DNA of 64,000 bases. Origin: the human T2T-CHM13v2.0 reference genome, Homo sapiens. The position numbers and the translations under genes are program-made. This document shows positions 38,795 to 53,697 of the stretch, piece after piece; within the stretch, counting starts at the first letter, position 1; the number at the start of each line of letters is the position of its first letter. The notes under the pieces are model-generated. The model had not been told where the DNA came from. It ran no database searches and saw only the letters and a program-made list of their open reading frames with translations. The stretch lies in assembly GCF_009914755.1 (NCBI RefSeq), contig NC_060927.1; one strand, given 5' to 3'.

Positions 38795-39040
38795 ATAAGG
38801 CAAAAAGCACATTCAATGCGGAGTCAGACAGGTCTAGATTTGAAGCATGATTGCCGCATGCCATTTCTATGGCTTCAAACCACAGGGCCTCCCAGGGCCT
38901 CAGCTTCCTCACCTCTTAAATGGGAAACACGGTAGTTTTCATCTCATTGGGTTGACAGGAGACAAAGAGATGGTGTATATGAAATACTCTCTAAAATGCC
39001 TAGTTCTTAATCCAAATGGAGAATTAGTAGCTTATTATAT
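38795..39040 (+). mobile_element. MIR SINE
   Basis: ggagtcagacaggtctagatttgaa...ggcctcagcttcctcacctcttaaatggg. Confidence 0.7.
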
Positions 39041-39755
39041 ATAACAGCAAAACAATCATTTTTGTTAAACTTTTTAAAAATATAAGAACTTAAATATCAC
39101 CTGCAACTATCTAGAGATTCTTATTCCAAGTTTTTGTGTGACTTTGGGTAAATCACTTCACAACTCTGGGCCTCAGGAAAGATTTGGCTAGAGGATTTCC
39201 AAGATTCCTATCCTCTGAATTTAAAATTCTGACTTTTAAACAGTTAGTTATATGACATTATGCCATTTGGGGTTTGTTAATCTTCTAATTGGTTTCATTG
39301 TAATTACCATTGAGCCATCATAGTTTGTCTTTCAAATACCAAGTGACCTTCTGCCATTCCGGTACTTGATTTGCTGACAGTTGTAAAATGTTTACCCTCT
39401 GCAAACATTCATTAGTAATGGTCACAATTTTTACAGTGTCACTGCATTTTTGCAAAGAATCTGATAGCTCCTTTATCATTGTGGTACATCATTCAATTGG
39501 AGAGTGAATTTGAGAAAGTGTCAAAGCCATTCTTAAGGGTATGTTGACTTTCTGCTGGTGATATGTAGAACTGTTTGCCTGTTTTCTTATTTTTTTCAGT
39601 CTGAATTAAATAAAATTAAAATCACAACTGTCATTTGTGATTCACAGAGGAAATCTGTGATTTGCAAAGGGTTACAACATAGTACTATAAATTTGATATT
39701 ATCCACATTTACAGAAGGGAAACTAAGCCTCAGTTCGTGACTTGTCACACAAATG

Positions 39756-40079
39756 CAGTCACGTGTCACTTAACGATGGGCATATGTTCTAAGAAATGCA
39801 TCATTCGGTGATTTTGTCAGTGTACTTACACAAACCTAGATGGTATAACCTACTACATACTTAAGCTAAATGGTATAGCCTATTGTTCCTGGGCTACAAA
39901 TCTGTATGGCATGTAACTGTAGTGAATACTGTAGGCAATTTTAACAGAATGATAATTTGTTCATCTAAACATATCAAAGCATAGAAAGGGTAAAGTAAAA
40001 ATACAGTATTATAATCTTACGGGACTATCATTTTACATGCAATTTGTCATGGACCGAAACATTATGTGACACATAACTG
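39756..40079. mobile_element. Tigger3a/MER7A TcMar DNA transposon fossil, inserted in an antisense MIR
   Basis: Terminal inverted repeats cagtcacgtgtcacttaac / attatgtgacacataactg; right flank TA, left flank TG; internal tacttacacaaacctagatggtata...tatagcctattgttcctgggctacaaa; MIR text on both sides. Confidence 0.9.
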
Positions 40080-41099
40080 TAAGGAACAAGTAATTTCAGA
40101 GCTGAGTCTCTAAGCCTTGTATTGGTTCTTGAAATTGCTCATCTAACTACACCATGTGTTTCTCTGTTGGAGAGAGATTCACTGTCATTGATACACTCTT
40201 GGTTGAAGAAAACATTGCTAAGCAATCTCTAAATATTTCTGTTGAATATAAATTAAAATTTCAGAAAAATAAAAATGGGGATACAATGGAGCTGGGAGAA
40301 AATCAGGGAAAAAATAGTCTTTAAAAATGACACCTTTCCACAATTAGGAAAAAGAAATAGATTGACGTAGCACTTGTCAAAATTATGGTGAGGCAATCTC
40401 AGAGATTGCACAACAGCGGCAAGACCAGGGCCATTAAGAGGAGGTGGTGGGAGTGTGGTGCCTTTGTATTGTCTTCCAACCTTGCAAGCCCCACTCTCTA
40501 GCTATTTCCTGTCCAGTCACTTCTGAGCTAGATCCCTACCACCCCAGCCACACCTCTTGTTTAAATATCTGGAAAACTAGAATTTTTTTGTTATTATGGT
40601 ATGGTAAATCAGAACAATGTAGTGAGTACGCTATAGTGAGTGTAACTGAGTGATACAGGGAAAATTGGCATGGTCAGGGAGGCAGGAGACCTCTCAAAGC
40701 TCTAGTTTCCTTTCATTCATCTCTAATGTTCTATGACTGTAACAGTAAAACAGTTCCTAGTGATTAAAGTTAGAATGGAAGTCAGTCCATGAATTGAATG
40801 TAAGTCCCGGCCATGCTGCTGAACATACTTAATGTGCAACATCACATCTAGGCTTTGTTGACCCCATTTACTTTGCCAGGAATTAGAAATTAGAGCAACT
40901 CATCTCATATGCGATGATACTTACATAAATCAAATACAAATAATGAATATCCTGCCCTCTCATATGTTCCTTCTCAGGGAAGAGCTTTGGAGTGCAACAT
41001 GGACTTGAGAGTTCAGAAAGGTATGATCAGAGGGAGAGGGAGTTGATTGAAAAATGTGAGTAGAATGAACAATGAGGAAAGAAGAGTAGCATGAAAGAG

Positions 41100-41265
41100 A
41101 GGTTTGTTGAGTATTTAACATGTGTAAGTGTTTTACACACATCATTTCTAGTTTTTTTTAGTAGCTCTGAAAGGAAGATAATTTTATCTTCATTTTACAG
41201 ATATGAAAGCAGAAGTTCAAACAGATTAAGAAACTTGCTTAAAAACCCTAGAAAGTAATCAGGAG
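41100..41265 (-). mobile_element. MIR fragment
   Basis: tatcttcattttacagatatgaaagcagaagttcaaacagattaagaaacttgc. Confidence 0.7.
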
Positions 41266-42059
41266 ATTAATATTCTTTTATTTTTAGCTTCTTTTTCCAT
41301 CAGAAGCTAAAAATAGTTGATAGTGTCACTTGGCCTGAGAGTAGGGCAGGTAGTCATCTATTCCCCTTGACCCTCTAGCAGATCTTAGTAGAGACAGAGA
41401 AAATATTATGAAACTAAGAATTTTTAAGGGATTGGAAAATCTGAGGATGGGGAACAGACTTTTGGTTTTTGGGGGTCTTTGGCCTCTTGGCATTTTGATC
41501 ACAGACTGTTGAATTGGAAGCTTTGAGACTTCTTGGAGTGTGAGCTACTTGAACACCTTTGAACTAGGTGGCTATGTCTTTGGAGCTAGAGAAGTTTCTG
41601 GGAAGGCAGTCATGCTTGGTTCTGTGAGCAGACAGGTCCAAAGGCAAGGCAGATTGAAACATCTGTTTAAGGGTACTCTCTGCTCAAGGAAAAGAGGGAA
41701 GGTGTTGCTCAGTTTACCAGATAGGAAATCCCAGACACAGGACAGATGCTTTTCTCAAAAATAGAGCATTTGCATTACATGGTCCCACTTTTTTACTGTG
41801 CCTATAAAAACTGAGATGTGACATGGACTGCATAAAATGAGGAATCCTAGCTATGGCTACATTAAAAAAAATATGCACAGAAGGATATCCAATTATACAG
41901 ATTCAGGCTATACTGGCTCATGTACACTCTCTATGGTATAATCAACATAACATAGCTATTATATGCCCAGCCATAAGTTGAAATAATTTAATACCCATTT
42001 GTCAGATCTATGACACATATTTTAAAATGTGGAATGTTTACCTATTATAAAACTGATCA

Positions 42060-43156
42060 TAAGAAAATCAGAAGACAAGCCACAGACTGGGAGAAAATAT
42101 TTGCAAAAGACATATCTAAAAAAGGACTGCTATCTGAAATATACAAAAAACTCTTAAAATTCAGTAAGAAATGAACAACTCAACTTAAAAATTGGCAAAA
42201 GACCTGAATAGACACCTCACCAAAGCAGATGTATAGATGGCAAATAAGCATAGGAAAAGATGCTTAAAATTGTATGTCATAGGAAATTGCAAAGTAAAAC
42301 AATGAGCTACTATACCCCTATTAAATTGGTGAAAATCCAGAACACTGGCAAAACCAAATGTAGTGAATATACAGAACAACAGGAACTTTCATTCATTGCT
42401 GTCATGAATGTGAAATGGTACAGCCACTTTAGAAGACAGTTTGGTAGTTTCTTACGAAACTAATAATACTCTGATCATACAATACAGCAACTGTACCCAA
42501 ATAAGTTGAAAATGTATGTCTACACACAAAAACCTGCACACAAATGTTTATAGCAGCTTTATTCATAATTACCCAAACTTGGGAGCAACCAAAATGCCCA
42601 TTAGTAGGTGAGTGGATAAGTAAGCTGTGGTACATCTTGACAATGGAATATTATTAAGTACTAAACAGAATGCATTATCAAGCCGTGAAAAGACACGAAG
42701 GAACCTTAGATGAATATTACTAAGTGAAAAAAGTCAATCTGAAAAGACTACAGGCTGTATGAATCCAATTATATGGCATTTTGGAAAAGTCAAAACTATG
42801 GAGAGTTAAAAAAAATCAGCTGTCAGAGATTAGTGGGGAGGGAAGGATGAATAAGGACAGAGAATTTTTAGAGCGGTGAAACTATTCTGTATGATACTCT
42901 AATGATGGATACATGTCATTATACATTTGTCCTAACCCATAGAATGTACACTGAGAATGACCCCTAATGTAAACGATGGACTTTGAGTGATAACTGATGT
43001 ATCAATGTGGCTTCATCCCTTGTAACAAATGCACCACTCTGGTGGGGGGATGTTGGTAGTGGGAGAGGCGGCTGTGAGTGTGCAGGGGAAAGGAGTGCAT
43101 CCCATTTAATTTTGCTGTGACCTTAAAACTGCTCTAAACATAACATATTTTAAAAA
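42060..43156 (+). mobile_element. L1MC1/2-type 3' end
   Basis: gacaagccacagactgggagaaaatatttgcaaaagac (ORF2 C-terminus) through gatacatgtcattatacatttgtc...ccctaatgtaaacgatggactttg...ttgctgtgaccttaaaactgctct. Confidence 0.9.
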
Positions 43157-43233
43157 TGCACAAAAGAAGAAACAAATCACCCCAAATTTCACCATACAGT
43201 GATAATTACCACTTACTTTAGTATACATCTTTA

Positions 43234-44390
43234 TCATTCATTCCACAATTATTCATGAAACACCTACTATATATTGCGGGTTGTTCTAGGCACTGGGGAT
43301 ATAGCAGCGACTCAAACACAGAAAAATCCTTACTCTGTGGAGCTTATGTTGACCTCTCTCAAATAGAGGGAGGGCTCAGAAAATAAGCAAATTATACAGT
43401 ATAGATGTTAGTAAATGCTACGAAAGATTGCAAGCAAGGGGAATAGGGAGAATATGTAGGAAAGGGGATTCTAGTTTAAATAGAGCATTTAGAGAATTCT
43501 CTATTTTTGACATTTAAGGCAAGACTTGAAGGAGGTGAGAAAATGAGCTATGAAGATATTTGAGGGTAAGGTATTTTGGGCAAAAGGAAGAGCAAGTGAG
43601 GACCCTGAGGTTTAAGAAACAAGGAGGCAAGTATAGCTGGAGTGTATTAAGCAACCAAGAGATGGTGGAAGGTGTTCATAATGATAAGGGTCAGCCAGAT
43701 CAAGTAGGACATTATATCCCATGGGGATAATTTGGCTTTTATTAATAACTGGAGTGAGACAGGAAGTCATTGAATGACTTTGAGCAGAAGAGTGATGTGT
43801 TCTAACTTATGTTTTAATATGGTGACTCTGGTTGCTATTTAGAGAATGCTCAACAAGGAAGAGGTTAAAAGATGGAGATTAGGCTATTTTAACAACCTAG
43901 ATGAGCAATATTGTTGGCTTGAACCACAGTGGTATCAATGGAGGTAAAGAGAAGTGGTTACACTCTGGGCATGTTGTGAAAAAAGGGCTGACAGGATTTT
44001 TCAGTGGATACGTAGGATATAAACACTAGTGTTGAGTCAAGGATAACTCTAAGGTTTTCTGGCTTGAGTATCTTGAAATATAGAGCTGGCATTAATTGAG
44101 ATGAGACAGACTTTAGAAGAAACAGCTTTCACGGGGACCAAGAACTCGGGAGTTAGGATTGGGGCATGTTAAGTTTGAGACATTTTCTATCCAAGTGGAG
44201 ATTTGGATAGATGGATTTAGAAGATAGAAAGAAGTCTAGTCTAGAAATATTTATTTGGGAACTGTGTAGAGTAAATATGTTGTTTAAAGCCTTGAGGCTG
44301 GTTGGGATCACCCAGGACACTGGTATTGAGGGGATATTGAAGTACTGATTCTTGAATTCTACAAAAGAAATAAAGCAGAGATGTGAAAGG
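43234..44390 (-). mobile_element. L2a LINE, about 1.15 kb
   Basis: tcattcattccacaa...ctaggcactggggatatagcag...tgacatttaaggcaagacttgaaggaggtgag...gagcagaagagtgatgtg...ggcatgttaagtttgagac. Confidence 0.9.
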
Positions 44391-44399
44391 AATTTCTTC

Positions 44400-44905
44400 A
44401 ACTATACACATTTTGACATAATCATCTTCTAACATGGTGTTTAATTTGCTCTGCTTCACTTAGCAATGATATAATGAATATTTCCCATTTTATTATATAT
44501 TCTACAATATCACTTTGAATGACTCTCTTAAGAGTGTATTATAACACATGAACCTAGCCCCCTATTGTCAAGTCTTTTGAGTTGCTTATAATTTTCTCAT
44601 ATTACAACATTTTCAGTGAATATTCCTATACATGCATGCTAGAATACAGAAGTAGAATTGCAGGATCTTTTGTTGCATTTTTCAAATTTCTCTCCAGAAA
44701 ATTTATAATAAGAAGTTATACAAGAAAATCCTATTTATTTACACCTTCCCCAAACAAGGTGCTAATAATATTTGTAATCTCCAATCTGTTAGATGAAAAT
44801 GATTGAATATAAAATTTCATTTTTTCACTTTAGTGTTTTCCTGATTGGTAATACAGTTGAACGTCTTTTTGTTTGTTTGTTTGTGTGTTTATTGGTAATT
44901 TGGAG
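44400..44905 (-). mobile_element. L1ME-type 3' fragment (other piece about 43157-43233)
   Basis: tcacttagcaat...agaagtagaattgcaggatc...ctctccagaaa...ccaatctgttagatgaaaat. Confidence 0.6.
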
Positions 44906-47044
44906 AACATGATTTCTTTTGCTTGTTACTTATGGTCAGTTATAGGTTAAGATGACCACAGAGTACTTTCTACCCACCTCTTCTCTCAGTCCAGCTCAGG
45001 TTGGGGTTGGTTGTCCTTAGTGTAAGTATTAGGATCTGATTCAAAGACGATCTTCACCTTTGTATCTCCAGTGAATATGGTTGGTTTTGGCCTTAGGGAG
45101 GGCTCTTTTTGTAAGTTTGCTGTTTATTAACTCCACACGTAAACAGTGTACTAAATAGTAAGAGGAATCCTCTGCTAATGTTCTGCCTCAAACCTAAGTT
45201 CATAAGTTCAAGAATACAAGATCTTTAAGTCAGACCCAGTCAAAGATTAGTCAGCACAAACATATTGTAATTCTTATATTTATTTTTTCCCTCATTTAAG
45301 AAATTGTTAACTGCTCGAGTTCATTCCAGAAAAAGTTAACTCCAGTATTTTTACATATTGAAAAGACAAATCATATTTGGAACTTGGCATATAGTTTCAA
45401 CTATTTTTATTTTATTTTTTGCCTAAATGTTTCAGGCCTTGGCAAAATGGAAAGCAATCTGTGCCAAGCCTCTCTCTACCTTTATTTTCTAACCCATGTG
45501 TATTTTTTTAAAAATTCTATCTGCCTGATTTTTATTCCCTTACTCTTAAATTGTCACATGGAGTTTATTAAGACATCCTGGATGTTCAAAAGAATTTGAG
45601 GCTTTCCCCTTTTGATAGAACCAGGATATCTGGATATCTCGTTTTGTTGGCTGTAAATACAACTTGAACCTTAAGAGGATAAAATTCAATCTGAAAATTT
45701 CAAAATATTTCAAAATCATGAACTAAGAGAATAACCATTTTGGTGTTTTCTTTTTCTGGTTATTTTTATATATTTGATTCTTAGTTGTTATTTAAAAAAA
45801 AGAAAGTAAAGTTTTATAGAAAACATATGGATCAATTATACCCCAAGTCATAAAGACTAACTCAGAATTAAAAATATGAGTCTTCTGATTTTTCAAGAGG
45901 CTTCTGAGAAAACTGAAGTGAGATTATATTAATAGCATTTTCAAGAGGCCTATTCCAAGATGCTAACTGACTCTAGTATATACTGACTCTCTTGGAATGA
46001 TCTAGCTTTTGTGATGTGTTCACAAGTAGGCCAATGAATAAGCAATTTTTCATAAATTTTATTGCCTCAAGCCATTAGTAAGCCTAAGGCACATTTGGAA
46101 TCATAATAGTTTTTTAAATTTTAATTTAATTATGATGATTACTTGACTATAATATTGCTATTTCTCTATAATTTTATGCTTGAAGAGTCAATCTTTCAGT
46201 GAGAATTCTTCATTTATTTACCAAAAGGAAAAAAAGAAAATTATCAAAAAAGATAATCATTCTACCACAGCAATAGTATAAAGCAAAAACCAGGACCAGA
46301 TGGTGAGAGTGGAGGGACTTTCGTCATCTTCTGAACTCCATGCTGTACGCATCATTCAGTTTTTCATCTTTGCTCTTATTTTCTTTAATTTGCAAAAAGA
46401 TAACTCTATGGAAATGGTAGTTTTAAGTAACATTTAAACATTGGCTTTTGTTTACTTTTTCTGTTTGAAAATGGCAGCCTAAACACAATTTGTGGTCTGC
46501 CTCTTAAGTCCACATATTTAGAAATAATAGAGAAAATTTTTGTTTGTTCATGTCTTTTACTGATTAAATATATAGTTCATGTTCAGAACAACTCTTGGTA
46601 TATTACAAAATGGGAAAATTCTTAGGAGAAGGGAGACATCATAATCCTGGGAGGAAAGTGCTGAACAAAGCGGATGCAGGACAAGGGTGCTTCATGTAGT
46701 TTGTGAAAGCAAAAGGCAAGAGGTAATCCAGGGACAACAATGAGATTGTCTATCTCTAGGTGGGGCAAGGAGCATGGGACTTTCGGGAACAGAGGCAAGG
46801 TGGTGCTCTTAGTAGCTAGCTGATGATAACCTGGAAAGGAAAGGAACTCTCATTCTCAGAAGACCAAGCTATAGCATACATAGCCCAGTGGCACGTGGGC
46901 CTTTCCCCTGTCCCTATAGATACACACCCAAAGCACTGGGCTATGCAAGTTTTCAGTGACTTGAACCCCTCCCTGTAGACAATGTGGGCAAACAGATGCA
47001 GAAGATAATTGAAAAGAGTCATCAACCACAAAATATAGTAAATC

Positions 47045-47360
47045 TAATTAATATTTAGAGAAATGTAAAGGATAATGCAATAATGTAAAACCAGAATAGA
47101 CAGTTATAAAAAGAACTAGAAATCTTGGAAATAAAACTATAATTGCTGAAAGTAATTTGCAGCTGGGCTAGAAGAAATACATGCTCATTGTAGAAAGCTG
47201 AGAAATTGCTGAAAGTTATTAAAAAGTTAGAAATATCACCCTAAATCTACCATTTAGAGATTACTGCTATTAATATTTGCATATATTTTATTATAGTCAT
47301 TTTTTTCACATTTTTATATAATTCTTGACATATACTAAATATCGTACTTCTACTTGCTAA
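47045..47360. mobile_element. Old L1M/HAL1 fragments (sense ORF1-like piece, then antisense 3' end)
   Basis: aagaactagaaatcttggaaataaaactataattgctgaa; aatacatgctcattgtagaaa...gattactgctattaatattt. Confidence 0.45.
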
Positions 47361-48597
47361 CCCTCCTCCCCTCCTGGACAATTTAGGAAAAAAGGCAACT
47401 TAAGTTGCTGCTAGGTGCCTTTTTCACTAATGTATTTTTTCCATTGACTTTTTATCATAGATCATTTTATTATAATGTCTTAATTTAATAAAGATCCCAA
47501 ACACAGGGCTTGTGCTTAGCTCTTTAACATTCTGCTGGCTGCTGTGTTGTCTTCTTTTCACATTAAGCTTGGTAAAGATGTGAGCACACACTTCGTCTTT
47601 AAGTGTAGAGTGTTAGTTTCATGCTTAATATTTATGACTCTTATAATTACTCTTATAAGAGATCCACTATTACTAGAAACTTCAGCTCTCAGGTTAATAA
47701 TCCTGCATTTTAATGAGCTCTAGGTAATTATACTTTGAAGTCCAAGACTTCTTTTCAAAAATTGTAAATTGAGTTTCTTTTTTTTATAACTATGTAATTT
47801 TAATTTCATGTTGAAGCGCAATGAAAATTTGCACATTATAGTACAACTGTAATTTTAGAGGGAAAAATCAGTAATAGACTAGGTAATTTTAATTCAGGTC
47901 ACTTCTACAAAGGATATACTGAGAAAAGTCAAAATACGCTGAGAAAAATTTTCTTCAGAGGCTACAGAATTAATCTATTAGTCACCTTGACAATACAGCA
48001 TACGAATAGGAAAACGTATGGAATGAGCTGGTTTTCTGCTTTATGAAAATGGTTTTGTTAAAGCCAAGTTTCATAAGTGTCAAATGGAAAGTAGATATTT
48101 CAATTGCTAGCTTTCCTCCAACCAGGTAACGCAGCCAAATTGACATGACCAGAATCATAGGAACTTTGAGTCTTAAAGTAGGCACATTCTGCTCCCTTTC
48201 CTCCATTAAGCTGATTCCCTGCTGCCAGCTGACCTTGCTTATGACAGGTGTCTCTACTTGTACTTTACTGAATCTCAAGGCTTAGTGGCAGGTAAAGTTT
48301 CTAGTTATGTAAAATCATGTTAATGCTCCCAGGCAAATTTAAGCTTTTATCTTGGCTTATTTTGACGGCAAGGCAGTTGAATGCCTCCATGCTTCCCTCC
48401 CCAAATGTCCAAGCACCTGGCCTTGGAATGAGTGGAGTACTGGAATGAAGAGGCCTTGGAACAAACTCAATATACCTAGGATGATACTACCCTGTAGTGT
48501 TGCGTCCTATCAGATAGGAGATTATAAATAACTCAAAGCAGGAACTCAGGCTTAGAGATCTTCCATCCGCTTAGCTCCTGCCACAATATCTTACAAA

Positions 48598-48825
48598 TAA
48601 TATAGTGGATAAGAGCAAGCTTGTGAAGGCAAGTTCCGACTGTTAGATTCGTGTCTGTAAAACTTGATTGTGTGACCTTAGATAATTTAACTTCTCCAAG
48701 TCTGAGTTTTATCTCTATAAAATGGGATCAATAATAACACCTTCCCTACATGGTTTTGATTAAATAAATAATGTAATCTGTGTAAAGTGCTTAGCATCGT
48801 AGTTCTAAGTGTTTGACAGAGATTT
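48598..48825 (+). mobile_element. MIR SINE
   Basis: tatagtggataagagc...tgtgtgaccttagataatttaacttctcc...tctataaaatgggatcaataata...tgtaaagtgcttagca. Confidence 0.8.
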
Positions 48826-49865
48826 GTTCTCAAGTAATTGTAGTACTGACTCTGCTTAGAAGTACTTGATGTGTTGAAAATTTATCTTTCTTCAAAAATT
48901 TTATGCTCCTCAAGGTTGAACAGTTATCGTTTAGTTAAATAGCATTGACAGCATATTTTCCATATTAGCAAGATTAGTTGGCACATAGGAAAGATTGGGG
49001 GAAGTGCATTTTTAACTAGCCAGGCAACTGAAGGCATTCTCACTGATACCTACAATGCAGGATTGGATGAAGATCAGTTTCATAGTAAATAGACCTTGCT
49101 TTTTCTATATGAAGCAGCTTATCTCCCTAGACTGTCTGCCAAATAAACATTACTTTGTGAGGTCAAATTCTAAAAGACATAACATATTTTGTTATCTTCC
49201 TCTAGAAACATGTGCCTCATTTCCTTGAGCAACCTTGCTATCAGTTCACAGATTATATACCTTTTTGAAAGTTTTTCTGGCAAGAAGAGATTTATTTTAT
49301 GGAGAAATTAGCTAGAGCAAAAAATTCTACTTAGGCAGTACTGAATATATACATTCCCCTTTTGTTTAAAATTAACCTCTTGTCCCTACTCGTTATATTT
49401 ATGAGGACTACTACAAGATGACCATAGCTTTGCGACTTTTTTAAACAACTAAAGCTAAACACAATAAAGAAAACCATAAAAAGCAAAGTTTACTCTGTCT
49501 CCTGCTCTCTCTGTGATGTGTTTGTAGTATGAATCACACTGGATAACCTTGTCACACTTTTATTTGAAATGGTAGCCTCTTGAATGAACACTCTTTACAG
49601 GAATATTATTTAGGTTTTAATTAATAATGAAAAATTCACTAATTCATGGTATCTTATTTCTAATTGTTTATATATTAATTAGGTCATTTAAAAAAACCTT
49701 TATTTTCCTAGGATGCAAGGGAAAGCACAAACTTGCAGGTTTATGCAAACTTTAATTAGGCATATAGAAAAACACATTAGCGTTGTAGAAAGGGAAATGT
49801 ACTTAAGAAAAAACATAACTTTTTAAAAAACTTTTTTAGCTTTTAAAAAATTGTATGTTTGTTTC

Positions 49866-50055
49866 ACAACACACACGGAGGCCTGTTGCGGGGTTGGGGG
49901 AGGGGGAGGAAAAGCATTAGGAGAAATACCTAATGTGGATGACGGGTTGATGGGTGCAGCAAACCACCATGGCACATGTATACCTATGTAACAAACCTGC
50001 ACGGTCTGCACATGTATCCCGGAACTTAAAGTATAATAAAAAAAATAAAAATAAC
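49866..50055 (+). mobile_element. L1PA (PA7/8-like) 5'-truncated 3' end
   Basis: gatgacgggttgatgggtgcagcaaaccaccatggcacatgtatacctatgtaacaaacctgcac...aacttaaagtataataaaa; TSD core TGTATGTTTGTTTC at 49852-49865 and 50056-50069. Confidence 0.95.
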
Positions 50056-50589
50056 TGTATGTTTGTTTCTTAAATACATTTTCCTTTCTAAAATGCGAAT
50101 GTTGACCCATTAAGCAATGTCAAGAGAAAGTCAAAAAACTTAAACCACTAGACAATTGGGTCTGTGTCACGAGGAAACTGGAGTGTCAAGCAAGTAACTC
50201 TGAGCAAAATCCGTGCTTCACATGAGATTATGCCACAACCTCCACTTTTCTACCAGTTTCCATTACTGAGGCAGGGAGACAGTGTCCATGCAATTTAATG
50301 ACCAAGTATAGGAAGAAGAATGGCTCTTTCCACATTGGATTTTTCTCTATAAGTGAGAGGGTCCACAATGGCCTTGATAAGAAACAGCTCTTCATTGAGA
50401 CTTTGCTGCTCTAGGTGGGATGCAGATAGGAGGCTGATGGAGGCAGGACCTGGAGACATATGCAAGTAACAGATATCCTTAAAAGATTATGGATTTCTTG
50501 GAAGTCAAGTTCTCATGCATTTTGATCATCATGTGTATTAAACTTTGAACAAGTCCACTATACCACTTTGTCTAGCCATCATTATAATC

Positions 50590-51310
50590 ATTATAATAGG
50601 CAACATACTGAACACTTGTGATATATCAGAGACTGTTGTATAACCCACCTAGTTCTTACAAACGTCACATGTAGGTAATCATTATTATCACCTTTGTAGA
50701 AGAGGAAACTGAGGCCTAGAAAGTTTAAGTCATAGGTCCAAGGTCATGGAACTAGTAAATGGGGGACTGCATTTCAAGGAAATCTGAATCTTAAGTTAGA
50801 GTAAAGATGAAAGCCCATAATAATAATAATAAAAAATCACAGTAGCTACTATTATTGCTTTACGATACTATCTTATATAATCATCGTAAACTCACTAAGA
50901 GGTGTTAATCTCACTGAATTATGGAGATAAATAAACAGGGTAATAAAGAATAAATAATTTTCCCAAAGTCCTCTAGCTGGAAAATGAGAGAGCCACTTAT
51001 GTTTGTCCAATTCTAAAGCTCTTTGTTATACATAGAGTCTTAGAAAATTACTTTTGCTGTCTCTATGTATGCTTGGGGACTAGGTTTTGTCTTCTTCAAG
51101 TATTTGAACTTCTGAGTTCAACTCTTTAATTTAGTGAAGCAATTTGCCGCTGGGTATTCTTAGACAAGTTACTCAAACCTCAGTCTTTTCATCTGTGAAG
51201 TGGAAATAATAATAACAGAACCTACCTCATCAAATGAAATCATTCTTGTAGAGGTCACAGTTGCTGATACACGGAAGTGCTCAGTCTATGTTAGCTGACT
51301 TTGGTATTAT
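50590..51310. mobile_element. Cluster of three MIR fragments (two antisense, one sense)
   Basis: gaagaggaaactgaggcctagaaagtttaag...ccaaggtca; aaataattttcccaaagtc; cctcagtcttttcatctgtgaagtggaaataataata. Confidence 0.7.
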
Positions 51311-52451
51311 TAAGAAAATTAGACACCAAGTAGTATGGTGCTAAAGGAGTCAAATTATAAATGTTCTATAGAAAAACTAAAGCTGTCCCGTAAATCTTTA
51401 AAGAAATTTCAAAAATTCAAAACCAAACAAATAGTTTTCTTTAAAATTAGCTTTCCTATGAAGAAAACAATTCTGTACAGCTGAAGAATGGGAATTCTCT
51501 TCAAAAGTTAAGAGTTGAGAAGGGAAGGCAAGTCTGACCCTGACTGCGGCAGAGAGATTGTTCAAACAATTGTTCTAAATAGATTATGATCCTTGTGGAT
51601 GAGGAGGTCATGAGCTGAAAGGAAGACTTTGTAGATAAAGTTTTAGCTAAATTAGAAGAGGCAAGCTATCTCCTGTGATCTTAGAAAGGGAATTTCAGTA
51701 ACTCAAGACTTTTTGATACTTAAGTAAGCTTGAAGAAATTATTTACATTACTATGGAAAGCAACTAGACATGAATAGAGAAAAACAGACAAAATTCACCT
51801 TTTCTTTTTCTTTTGACTTCTTTAATCATTTGTTTAAATAAGACTGGGAAAGACTTCAGTATGCGTGAGACTATAAACACAGAAAAGGAAGATTCTGTGA
51901 GAGTGTATATAATTATGCAGTCGCCAGTAAATTTGAAAAAAAAATCTGTTGCTAAAATGTTAAAATAAACTGCATTCTGAAAAGTCTTGATGTATCTCAC
52001 CCAAGCTATTCAACTTTGTCTCCACACAGTCTTGCCTTTAGTTTGGCTCTTGCATACTTCCCACGACATTCTATTCTCTTTACCAAGAATGTGTTCTGCT
52101 CTTGGAACCTGTTCACCAACCCAAAGTTCATCAGTCTTTCTAAGTCAGCTCAATTCTCAATTGATCTAAAAATGTGTGCTTTAATTACTTTAAGCATTTT
52201 GGTGAGTAGAAAAAAATGTAGACTCTTAAATAAGACTTGTCTTTGTTCAAATCATGGCTAGGTCATTTTTATTTAACTGACTTGACTTCAACCTCTCTGG
52301 TCTCAGTTTTCTCATCTTTGGAATATAGTGCTTTATAGAAATTTGTCATTGTGAAACATAATAATGGTAACTATTTTTATTCTTGGTCTTTTGTTGCTTT
52401 ATGCTCTTATTACATCTTATTTTATAACTATATAGTTTGGACTTAGGTTTG

Positions 52452-53590
<1,139 letters not shown>

Positions 53591-53697
53591 AAGAAACTAC
53601 AAAACACTGCTGAAAGAAATCATAGATGACACAAACAAATGAAACACAACCCTTGCTCATGAATGGATACAATCAATATTGTGAAAATGACCATACC
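53591..53697 (+). mobile_element. Short sense L1P(B) ORF2 fragment
   Basis: aactacaaaacactgctgaaagaaatcatagatgacacaaacaaatg...atcaatattgtgaaaatgaccatac (ORF2 region encoding [15 protein letters not shown]). Confidence 0.85.
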
